From Thecamonas trahens ATCC 50062 (taxonomy: Eukaryota > Protista > Apusomonadida), in assembly GCF_000142905.1 (NCBI RefSeq), contig NW_013657649.1, positions 1-64,000 of the forward strand: 64,000 nt of DNA, in the 5' to 3' direction. The notes under the pieces were generated by a model. The model saw nothing but the letters and a program-made list of their open reading frames with translations, searched no databases and had not been told where the DNA came from. Of the stretch, positions 1 to 9,244 are shown one piece after another (position 1 is the first letter of the stretch; each line of letters starts with the position of its first letter). Made by a program: the position numbers and the translations under genes.

Positions 1-200
1 CAACCGCGCCCTGCCTCATCGACCTGAACGTCACCCGAGTTCATCCCATTGCCTGCTAGCTTTGTCTAGTTCCTATTGGCTTACTCATACGTATGCTGTG
101 CAAGCCATGTATGATCTTTGGTTGTTGTTGTGGACGTCATCGCCTCGTTTGATGCTGGTTCCGGCTTTTCTTTAATTAATTCAACGTTCAACTCAATTAA

Positions 201-1058
201 CGTCCGCCGCCTCGCCCCTGCCGGCCAAGTACCCGCCGCCCCTATCGCCCACACGCTGCACACACCCATCAGCCGTATCATTCTCACCTTTATCAATGCT
301 CAAGCCCAATCGCCATACCCAGCACCCCTTCGCCCGTCCCGTTACCCACGTCACGACCCCCCTCATCTCCCCTACCATACTCATTACCACCCGTCACCAC
401 AAACGACCACCCCACCCCTACCCCACCACCATCACTATCATCCTAGCCACAACCACCACCACCTTGCCTTGGCCATCCTCACCACCATCCCATCGCGCAC
501 TCGGCTTCCTCTTCCTCCTCGTCCTCCTCGTCTTCCCGCTCTACCTCACCCCCATCCTCTCCCCCGACCCTGACACCCATACCCCTCAACCATCACTATT
601 CATACTGTCCATCCTCCAACCAATACCAATCCCGGGCTACCCAGCCCCGACCGCGCTGCCTCAGCTGCCCCCGTCTCGTCGACCACCAGCCGCCAGCCGT
701 CGCCCTCTCGCCCGACCAGCCCACCTTCATCACCACGTAGCTCCTTCCCACTACCAGGTACGCAACCCGCGACCACACTACTGGTCATCATACATCCCAC
801 ACTATCACCAGTACCAATATCGCCGTCATAGACACCCATCTTCCTCGGCTCATTTCCGCGTAGGCTTGTTTTGCCTAGGTGGTTGAGCACGTCCTCGACC
901 GCCCGACCCCGCACACGCCCCCACCACACTCATTAAGAGATATGTCCAATCTGATTGCACTACTACTCTACTACATGCCCACACTACCCCGTTGCACAGT
1001 CTCCAATCCATAGCTGCTGTATTCCGGAATCCGAGTTCTGCCGGCTCAGGCCCAAGTT
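201..1058. repeat. Copy A of a diverged ~860-bp direct repeat
   Basis: Colinear with 1646-2511. Shared blocks include cgtccgccgcc...ccggccaagtacccg, ttcctcggctcatttccgcg, gcctaggtggttgagcacgtcctcgaccgcccgaccccgcacacg and gaatccgagttctg. Many substitutions and indels; no conserved ORF. Confidence 0.85.
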
Positions 1059-1645
1059 GTTGGCCCTGTGTCCCTTCGATGCTGCTGACCCCTCCTCCCC
1101 GGGCCCATCTCCGACCCCCACTCCCCAACCTGTCCACCCACAACCACCACACCCACACCACGCATACTCACCACCCCTGCAAACATAGCCACCCACTTCC
1201 TGCCCGCCGATATTCACATCAGCCGACGCCATCCCGTCAACAGCATCGCTGCCGACCGCCTGCTACTCGCCGCTGACCGCCGCCCGCCGCCGACCGACCA
1301 CCACCGGCACCACCGAGAGCAAGCTAGCTATCGACAGGACATTGGAGGCGATGCATTTAGACAGCCACATCAATGGCAATGCCTACCAGTCTGCCCTCTA
1401 ACCCAATCCTCCTCTCCCTCCTCCGGCCTTGCCCATCACAGCCCCTGCTGGCCTGCTCCGCCAGCCGCTGCTGCTGCCGATCACCGAGCCAGACGACGAG
1501 ACCACCGGGCTGGCCAAGACAAAGAAGAACAAGAGAGGGCAAGTGCAAGCGATAGGCAATGCAGTGGCGGGCTAGAGTGCAGTGGTCTGCCTCCTCTTCC
1601 AATCCCAAGCTCTCGTCTCCATCGACGTCCATCTCAATCCAATCC

Positions 1646-2511
1646 CGTCCGCCGCCTTCCCTCTGCCGGCCAAGTACCCGTCGCCCCTATCGCCCACACT
1701 CCACACACATCTATCAGTCTCATCATACCCATGTTCGTCAATGCTCAAGCCCAATCGCCATACCTACTACCATTTCGCCCGTCCCGTCACCCACGTCACG
1801 ACCCCCCTCATCCCCCCCTACCATACTCATTACCACCCGTCACCACAAACCACGACCCTCACCGCCTACTCCACCAATATCACAATCATTCCAGCCACAA
1901 GCCCTACCCACATGCCTTGGCCATGCCCACCACCATCCCATCGCGCACCCCTCTTCCTGCTCGTCCTCCTCATCCTCGTCCTCTTCCCGCTCCAGCTCAC
2001 CCCCATCCTCATCCCCGACTCCGACACTCATACCCCTCAATCATCACATGCCTCACTGCCCGTCCACCAACCAATACCAATCTCAAGCCACCCAGCCTCG
2101 ACCCAGCCCCCTCAGCTGTCCCCTCCTCGCCGACCACCAGCCGCCAGCCGCCGCCCGCTCGCCCGGTCAGCCCCACCTTCATCACCACCTAGCTTCCACC
2201 CACTACCAGGTACGCTACCCACAACCTCACGCAAGGTCATCAGTCGTCCCATACTATCACCCGTACCAATATCGCTGTCATCGATATCCATTTTCCTCGG
2301 CTCATTTCCGCGTCGACTTGTTCTGCCTAGGTGGTTGAGCACGTCCTCGACCGCCCGACCCCGCACACGCTCCCCATCAACCTCATCACCAGCTATGGCC
2401 AATCTGATTTCACTACTACTCTACTACATGCCCACACTACCCCCTTGCACAGTATCCAATCCACAGCTGCAGTATTCCAGAATCCGAGTTCTGTCACCTG
2501 AGGCCCAACTC
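1646..2511. repeat. Copy B of a diverged ~860-bp direct repeat
   Basis: Same blocks as 201-1058, offset by about 1.45 kb. Confidence 0.85.
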
Positions 2512-2579
2512 GCTCCGTCTACTCTTCGCCAACTTCCGCATCAGTCCGACTGTCGTCAATCAACAAGAGGGCCATCCGC

Positions 2580-2680
2580 GTGACCACGATCCACGGTCGT
2601 GCCAAAGTCGTCCGCCTCCTCATCGACGACGACGACGGCGACCCGACCGCCGACGAGTGCGAGGGTAACATATTCGTAGT
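2580..2680 (+). pseudogene. Ankyrin-repeat-like fragment
   Basis: IHGRAKVVRLLIDDDDGDPTADECEG resembles the second half of an ankyrin repeat (GhxevVrlLl..GAdpn..d..G). It is an isolated fragment. Confidence 0.35.
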
Positions 2681-2756
2681 TCTTTGCCATGGTGGTCGTG
2701 GGGTTCACCATGACGCTGCTGGGATCAATCTGTGTGACGTAACCATCCAGTTGCCG

Positions 2757-2960
2757 TCAGCCACGGCGTTGCCACTCGGCATGCGGCTCGTGGCGCAAGA
2801 GGTATATCGCCAGCAAAAGGACCATGTAGAACATGGCAATGACCGTCGTCTTGACCGTCGCCGATCGAAGCGCGCACACCGCCACTACCACCGCCAGCCT
2901 GCGTCCGAGGATCGCCAATTCGTACCAGGACAGATCCATTTGTACTTGGTCACCAGAAAG
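2757..2960 (-). pseudogene. Fragment of a multi-pass membrane protein, same family as the C-terminus of the 39041-43005 gene
   Basis: SWYELAILGRRLAVVVAVCAL...IAMFYMVLLLAIYLLRHEP parallels WWFEALVMIRRLAFAFIIAAL...LLQLILIAALLANILLYP. Confidence 0.45.
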
Positions 2961-3139
2961 GCGTAACGGGTGCAAAGCCCACAAAGTCGAGCCTGCCGTG
3001 CTTGCGCTTGAGAAGCAGAGCTGGAGCATCTGAAATCGAGACTCCATACAACGTCGACGTCACCAAGACGAGCGGCAGGAGGTCGTGCCACGAGTTGGTA
3101 TAGCACCGTCGCTCGGGTTAGCACGCAGTGGGGTCCACG

Positions 3140-3290
3140 CGGCGGAGAGGGGTCCATCCCGAACATTCCTCCTAGGCCGCACTAAGCTCGACGTCTGGTC
3201 GTGCGAGAAGGGCAGCTGCCGAGTCGACGCACTCGTTGATGAGGGCAAAGAAAAGCGGCGTGGCACAGCCTACGGGAAACACTCTGTTCA
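3140..3290 (-). pseudogene. Ankyrin-repeat remnant with internal stop
   Basis: Hand translation gives GCATPLFFALINECVDSAAALLARPDVELSAA*EECSGWTPL: two TPL motifs about one ankyrin repeat apart, interrupted by TAG. Confidence 0.55.
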
Positions 3291-3293
3291 TCA

Positions 3294-6071
3294 TCAGAGC
3301 TTAAACGCTGGCGTGACAAACACTGCAAGCTCGCCATAGTCTTTGACCGACGGTTGAGCGCGTGGCTTCTTACGTGCCTCTTCAAGCGCAACGAGTGCGT
3401 CCCAGTCCGGCTCAGTTGCGGTGTCCGAGGAGTTCTCGTTGCTCGCTGGGAGGTGTGGGAGAGCAACACGAGTACGATTGGGCTCGTCGTCTGCGCTTAG
3501 ATCGCGGGTGTAGTGCGCCTCGATGGCTGCCGCAATGGCATCATCGTCAAGCGCGGCAAGCGCGGCGGCGGCGGTGTCGGCGGCTGCCTGCTTGACTGCG
3601 GCTGCGGCTGCAGTGTCGTCGACACCGTTAAAGGCGTCGAGGACAGCATTGATGTCGATGAGGACAACGGTGCCGTTGTGAGTCGATGCTGCGACCTCGC
3701 GCCGCTGGACAATGTACGCGAGGTCGGTGATGCCGACGTCGTTGGCAAAGCTCGCCAGCGGTGTGGCTGTCCCTACCGAGAGCGAGGCCATGCGAGCCGA
3801 CCCGCTCCGCCCGGGGTTTTTCATCCGCGACAGCGCATGTGTACTCGGTGTGACCGCAAGCGGCGACGCCATGGCTGCAAACGACGACGCGCCTGCCAGC
3901 CTGTCGTCGCCCTCACGCCGCAGCGTGTCTACGTGCGACGATGACGCAGCCGAGACAAACGCGAGTCCGCCCGAGAGCTCGGTAGTAGCGTACTCCCACA
4001 GCGAGACAACGCCGACTTCGTCTGCCGAGGCCAGCAGCGGCGTCTCGGGCACCATCAGCAGCGAGGTGATCGGTGCGGTGTGTGCGTCGACAATGGTCCG
4101 GAGCCAGATGTGCGACCGTGTGTCCCACACACGGATGGTCATGTCATCGGCGCAAGAGATGACGACTGAGCCGTCACGAACAAGCGCGTTGATCGGCATA
4201 GTGTGCGCGTTGAGCTTGAGCGTCGAGAGGCACTGCGAGCCGTCAAAGGCCCAGATCCGCAGCGGCGGGTCTGCCCCGCCAATGACCAGCTCGCCCTCGG
4301 CCGAGTACACAAGGGCATAAATCTCTCCAATGCCGGCGTCAAAGGTGGCGCGCGGCACAGCCTTTTGCGTCCGTGCAATGCGGGCAATGTCCCACACCGC
4401 GACCGTTCCGTCGTACGAGCCCGAGATGACGAACTGCTTGCTCGCCGTGTTCGAGGTGGAGAACGAGTGGTTGACAACCTCAAGGCAGGTCACCGTGTTG
4501 GAGTGGGCGTCCACCCGGATGGTAGCGCCGGTCTCGATGTTCCACAGCGCCATGTCGCCGTTTTCGTGGCCAGTCACAAGCATGTCTGAAGAGGGATCGT
4601 ACGCCAGCGCAGTCACCTCGGACGTCCGCTCCTTGAACTGCGAGTGGTGGTGCATGTCGATGACGTCCCAGAATATGAGCAAGTCGTCCTGACCGGCAGT
4701 GACCAGCAGCTGCATGAGCCCGTCGGCAGCATCGACCGACTCGCTCTTCGCTCCCACACCGCTGGCCGCGGCTCCTTCCGAGCTTGTCCGCACAATCCCG
4801 CCCATAGCGCCAATCGGCGCTGTGTGGCCCCTGTGCTCAACAAGGCGCTCAAAGTGCTCGACGTGCCAGAGCTCGGCTGACTCGGGTGAGGTGAGCCGGA
4901 CGTGGCCAGCGTCGGTGAGCGAGATCGAGGTCAACGGGCCGTGGGTAAAGGCAAAGGACGCGAGCGCGCGCCGCGTGTTGAGAAACCACACAAAAACGGT
5001 TTCCGACTCGTCGATGAGATACAGCTCTTCGGTCGACGAGTTGTAGGCACAGCTGGTAAACGGCTTCTCATGGGGGTGGTCCTGCGAGACAATGACCTGC
5101 CCGGTGCTGATGTCGATCATCTTGACCACGTTTTCGAACGAGAGCGTGAACACAATGTTGTCGCGGGCAACCCACTTGATGACGTATGCACCTTGCTTGT
5201 GAAGAAATGGCCACGATGCGTCGTGCTCAAAGTACGGCACCTTGAGCGCCGCCGCCCGTGACCCGCGCTTCCGCACCGCGCGGTACGTGTCGATTGCCCC
5301 GTCAGTGTGCGCAACAATGAGTGTGCCGGAAACAGACGCCCTAGTAGCGGCAAAGTCAATGGCGGTGACCCACGGCAGCGGGATCGACCGCTTTGGCGAT
5401 GAGGTCACCTGGATTCTTTGCGAGAGCACAAAGACGGGGTACTTGAATGGGCGCGACGCCGGATCGACCGCCCACACCATCACCGAGCCATCAATCGAGT
5501 ACGACAAGATCATACTCCCATAGTGCGTCATGCATCCCAGTACTGTGCCTTTGTGCCCACGCAGCGTCTGGATGCACATCTTGGCGCCAGCCTGGGGCTC
5601 CACGTCCCAGATCCTCAGGCTGGCATCGGCCGACGACGAGACGACCAGCTTGATGTCGGCATCATACACCACATTCGTCACCGATCCCACATGCCCTTCC
5701 ACCAGAAGGCAGCCAGAGGCATCCGTCTCAAAGGCGCGACGCGTCCGAAACAGCGCTAGTGGCCCCATCGACGTCCCGCCCACCAACGTCGACGCGTGTT
5801 CGGCGTAGGCGTGACAGAGCAACGCGTTACTCTCCTCGAGCCTCCGCTGGCCCAGCCGCACCTTGGACGCTGGAAGAAACCGGAGTCCAAGCTCCACATG
5901 CTGCTGGGGTACGCCCCCGAGCATGGCTCGTCTGTTGTGGCAGCTTGGCGTGAGGTGGTGCCTTGCCTCCTCCTGCTCTCGTTCTTGCCCGCCGTTTGGC
6001 GCGTTTGGCCCGCTTTGGCCACGGCAGCCAGTCACAGCTCGCGGCGGCGGATGCTCCGGGGGTGCGTGCAT
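3294..6071 (-). CDS. WD40-repeat protein (probably two beta-propellers)
   Basis: Many GH...WD units (GHVGSV..SSADASLRIWD, GHKGTV, GHTAPI..AGQDDLLIFWD, AHSNTVTCL..SGSYDGTVAVWD, AHTMPINAL..SCADDMTIRVWD). The start is uncertain (alternative ATG at 5924). Confidence 0.9.
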   Translation of the reverse strand: MHAPPEHPPPRAVTGCRGQSGPNAPNGGQEREQEEARHHLTPSCHNRRAMLGGVPQQHVELGLRFLPASKVRLGQRRLEESNALLCHAYAEHASTLVGGTSMGPLALFRTRRAFETDASGCLLVEGHVGSVTNVVYDADIKLVVSSSADASLRIWDVEPQAGAKMCIQTLRGHKGTVLGCMTHYGSMILSYSIDGSVMVWAVDPASRPFKYPVFVLSQRIQVTSSPKRSIPLPWVTAIDFAATRASVSGTLIVAHTDGAIDTYRAVRKRGSRAAALKVPYFEHDASWPFLHKQGAYVIKWVARDNIVFTLSFENVVKMIDISTGQVIVSQDHPHEKPFTSCAYNSSTEELYLIDESETVFVWFLNTRRALASFAFTHGPLTSISLTDAGHVRLTSPESAELWHVEHFERLVEHRGHTAPIGAMGGIVRTSSEGAAASGVGAKSESVDAADGLMQLLVTAGQDDLLIFWDVIDMHHHSQFKERTSEVTALAYDPSSDMLVTGHENGDMALWNIETGATIRVDAHSNTVTCLEVVNHSFSTSNTASKQFVISGSYDGTVAVWDIARIARTQKAVPRATFDAGIGEIYALVYSAEGELVIGGADPPLRIWAFDGSQCLSTLKLNAHTMPINALVRDGSVVISCADDMTIRVWDTRSHIWLRTIVDAHTAPITSLLMVPETPLLASADEVGVVSLWEYATTELSGGLAFVSAASSSHVDTLRREGDDRLAGASSFAAMASPLAVTPSTHALSRMKNPGRSGSARMASLSVGTATPLASFANDVGITDLAYIVQRREVAASTHNGTVVLIDINAVLDAFNGVDDTAAAAAVKQAAADTAAAALAALDDDAIAAAIEAHYTRDLSADDEPNRTRVALPHLPASNENSSDTATEPDWDALVALEEARKKPRAQPSVKDYGELAVFVTPAFKL

Positions 6072-6471
6072 ACTGCCAGTCTATGCTCCGTATCACATTG
6101 TGACTAGCACTGTGTCTGGCCAAGACCATGTCTGGTTACGATCTTGTTTTGGTTGGTCCGTTCGGTCGCGCTGCGCACGGCTTGTCTTCTCCACCATCTA
6201 CCACCTCCCCACCACCTTTGATGGCAACACAACTCCACCCCATCCATTCCAACACCTTCTCCCCCCCCCCATCTCTCAACTTCCTGCCCTTAGATCTGTC
6301 TTTTGCGCGCTTACCAAACTGGAACATGCACACCTGGCCACACCGCCTGCCCGCACCCAAACGACACCGAATTCTCCCGACTGAGCCACCACAAGCTCAA
6401 CACACACACACACACACACACGCATACATACACTTCACTCACCGAGCACCCACTCCGTATACACTCACGTT

Positions 6472-6954
6472 ATGTCGTCTTCTGCAACACCTGCTAACGA
6501 CACGCCCCGTGTGGTGGAGATGGTACCTGTGGGTGGGGAGAACCCACTGGCTGAGCTGGAGGCTGCCGAGAGCTCGGTTGTGGAGATGATGCAGATGGTG
6601 GCAGAGGTGACGCGTGCGCTCGAGCTGGCGGTGCCCAAGGTGGAAGGTGCTGATGATGTGGCTGATGAGCATGTTGATGCTGATGAGGAGAACAAGATTG
6701 CCCGTCCTGGCTCACAGTCGGACGCTTGGGATGTCCTCCACCGCAACTCGGGTCGCTTCTTTGATGTCCTCGGTCAGGTCCAAGTCACCCTCAAGAACGA
6801 GATCGCGGCTCTGGCTCCGCCCAGACCGTATGCCTACTCGGCCGCGGTGGAGAAGAAGGAAGCGCATGTGGCCTTGATGAAGACCCGTCTGTTCCGCGAG
6901 CACATTGCCCGCATCCGCAAGACCATCCTCGATGGCGCGCCGTCCGAGTCGTAG
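6472..6954 (+). CDS. MED11: Mediator subunit 11-like protein
   Basis: 160-aa helical protein. The pattern L.ELE..E..VV.M...//FF..L.QVQ.TL..EI.....RPY.YS matches the recalled Med11 pattern (plant LREEIKSACEYRPFEKCDY). Confidence 0.65.
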   Translation: MSSSATPANDTPRVVEMVPVGGENPLAELEAAESSVVEMMQMVAEVTRALELAVPKVEGADDVADEHVDADEENKIARPGSQSDAWDVLHRNSGRFFDVLGQVQVTLKNEIAALAPPRPYAYSAAVEKKEAHVALMKTRLFREHIARIRKTILDGAPSES

Positions 6955-7004
6955 AGCATGTCTTTCGCCCGCGGCCTCGCCACCTTATGCCGCACGCCAA
7001 CTCG

Positions 7005-7125
7005 GTGGTGGCCTACCAAAGACCCGCCTGTGCCGCTACCAAAGACCCACACCTGTGTCGCGAGCGCATTGCCCGCATCCGCAAGACCATCCTCGATGGC
7101 GCCGTCCGAGTCGTAGAGCATGTCT
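7005..7125 (+). repeat. Degenerate tandem duplication of the MED11 3' end
   Basis: cattgcccgcatccgcaagaccatcctcgatggcg(cg)ccgtccgagtcgtagagcatgtct occurs at ~6903-6963 and again at ~7067-7125, with a 2-bp deletion in the copy. Confidence 0.9.
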
Positions 7126-7200
7126 CTCGTCTGTCGCCCTACGCCCCAGACCGTGCCAAGGCATTGCTCGCGCCCGCCATTATCCTGCCGCATCTTTCAT

Positions 7201-7620
7201 TCATTGGTACCTCATGTACGAGTACGCGAGCAAGATAGGGAGCAAGTCGTACTCGTTCTCGTCCTCGGAGTACGAGACCTCCGGCTTGATCACGACTGGC
7301 TTCTGGCTCGCTCGCACCCCAACGAGCATGACGTTGCGGATGACAGCAAGAAGGCGGACGACAACGGTCGAAATGGTCGACGGCAACGAGCCGCTGGATC
7401 CACGCTCGGTGAAGCTTGCGCCCGAGCAGCCGTCTGGACCACAGGCGGCGAGTGGATCGGCGCCATGGTCGCCGACATCGTCGCAAGCAACAGTCACGGC
7501 GGCTCCCCGCGCTCGCGTCACCCGAATTGTTCCGCCATCCACCAGCCGGACGACCTGCCAAGTCGCAGAGGAAGCGAGCGGGCGGCGGAAGGAGAAAGAC
7601 AAGGAAGATATATGGGGCAA
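7201..7620 (-). CDS. Hypothetical protein; 5' end unclear
   Basis: 139-aa ORF with protein-like composition ending SEDENEYDLLPILLAYSYMRYQ. No recognisable motif; the listed start is TTG. Confidence 0.3.
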   Translation of the reverse strand: MPHISSLSFSFRRPLASSATWQVVRLVDGGTIRVTRARGAAVTVACDDVGDHGADPLAACGPDGCSGASFTERGSSGSLPSTISTVVVRLLAVIRNVMLVGVRASQKPVVIKPEVSYSEDENEYDLLPILLAYSYMRYQ

Positions 7621-8135
7621 GGTTTGGAGGCGGCGACCAGTTGGCGGGGAACTAGTACGGCACCAGCTTGCACCAGCACGACACGTGGATTCAGGTCGCG
7701 TTACCTGGACATCAAAGGCGGCGATAGAGGGTAGGTGGATTCTTGAGTTAATGGGTATTGGCTGGCCGTTCGGAGATCATCCGATTGCGGCCGAGAGTCA
7801 TCGGCGCGGGTTGGAACGAGTCCGGTGCGTGCCAGGCAACGCGGCCGATACCTATCTCGACAGCAATGAGCGGCGGCAAGAGGAGCAAAGAAGACGGAAC
7901 AACGGTGATGGGACGAGAGATGGGTGAGATTCGTGGGTGGCTGCGAGGTCGTCATGTGACGGTGGGCGGTGTGACGGTGTGCGTGATGCTTGCGGTCATT
8001 GTCTGTGTCGCTGATCTCGATCTTATCCAGTACATGCCGCCGACGGGCAGCGACGGCCCAGAGCCAGCCAGGAGCGAAAAGACGGACGTACCCTTGTCTC
8101 CCGTGAGACCCAAAGGAGTACACAGGCAGAGCACA

Positions 8136-8828
8136 ATGGCGTGGCGATCGAGTGCGAGCACCAACACGCGGCTGGTCGAGGCGCTTGTCCGGCACGACGT
8201 GATCCGGTCCGAGGCCGTTGCGGCGGCGATGAAGGCTGTCGACCGCAGCCTGTTTGCGCCCAGCGAGCCGTACTTGGATGCGCCGGTGTACCTCGGATGG
8301 GGCGCGACGATCTCGGCGCCGCACATGCACGCCCATGCGCTCGAGGTTCTCGTCGAGCACCTGCACCCGGACGCCAAGCTGCTCGACGTCGGCTTTGGCT
8401 CGGGCTATCTCGCCGCGGCGTTTGCTGTCGTCATCGGTGATGGCGGCGCTGGCGCAGTGTACGGCATCGAGCACATCGACGAGCTGGCTGAGATGGGCAG
8501 AGCCAACGTTGCGGCGTGGCAGGCAAAGACCGACACGCCGCACGCGACGATTCATCTCTCGGTTGGCAACGGATGGGACGGTCTGCCTGGCGCCGGGCCG
8601 TTCGACGCCATCCACGTCGGCGCTGCTGCGGACGATGTTCCGGCCTCACTCTTCGACCAGCTTGCTATTGGAGGACGCTTGATCATTCCGGTTGGCCCGG
8701 ACGGTGGCTATCAGGAGCTTGTCCAGGTTGATCGGGTCGACGCCGACAGCTACTCAGAAACAGTGCTGATGGGCGTCAAGTATGTTCCGCTCACTCAGAC
8801 GCCGCAAGCGCAGCTCGACCGGGTGTAA
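8136..8828 (+). CDS. PCMT1: Protein-L-isoaspartate O-methyltransferase
   Basis: MAWRSS start, TISAPHMHA, SAM motif LLDVGFGSGY, GPFDAIHVGAAA, GGRLIIPVG and C-terminal LMGVKYVPLT. Confidence 0.97.
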   Translation: MAWRSSASTNTRLVEALVRHDVIRSEAVAAAMKAVDRSLFAPSEPYLDAPVYLGWGATISAPHMHAHALEVLVEHLHPDAKLLDVGFGSGYLAAAFAVVIGDGGAGAVYGIEHIDELAEMGRANVAAWQAKTDTPHATIHLSVGNGWDGLPGAGPFDAIHVGAAADDVPASLFDQLAIGGRLIIPVGPDGGYQELVQVDRVDADSYSETVLMGVKYVPLTQTPQAQLDRV

Positions 8829-9244
8829 TGCAAAGGTTTTTACAATGTACAATGGAATGTTTTGGTGAGCGTGGACCGGGCGAGTGGTCAGGTCTGGGTG
8901 CTGGTGTTGGGTGCCCTTTCGGCTGCGCGACGTCACACTGACAGCGTTTACGACCTTGGTGCGACCGACGCGAGGAAGAAGGAAAGGGAAGAAGGGAGGC
9001 AGTGAGGGGGAGGGGAGGTGAGGGGCAAGTAACCCGTTACTTTTGTTGTTCTGTGGTGCCTATCATTTGTCCACAAGATACAAATCATGTAGCGATCGTG
9101 TGCTGGCTGGAGCGGGGTTTGTGTGCCCTTTTCTGTTGCGCGACGTCACACTCCAGTCGTTCGCGACTTGGGCGAGTTATGGCTACTGATGGTGGCCACA
9201 GCAGCTGGTTATACTTCTCTCTAGCTGTTGTAAGAACAAAGAAA

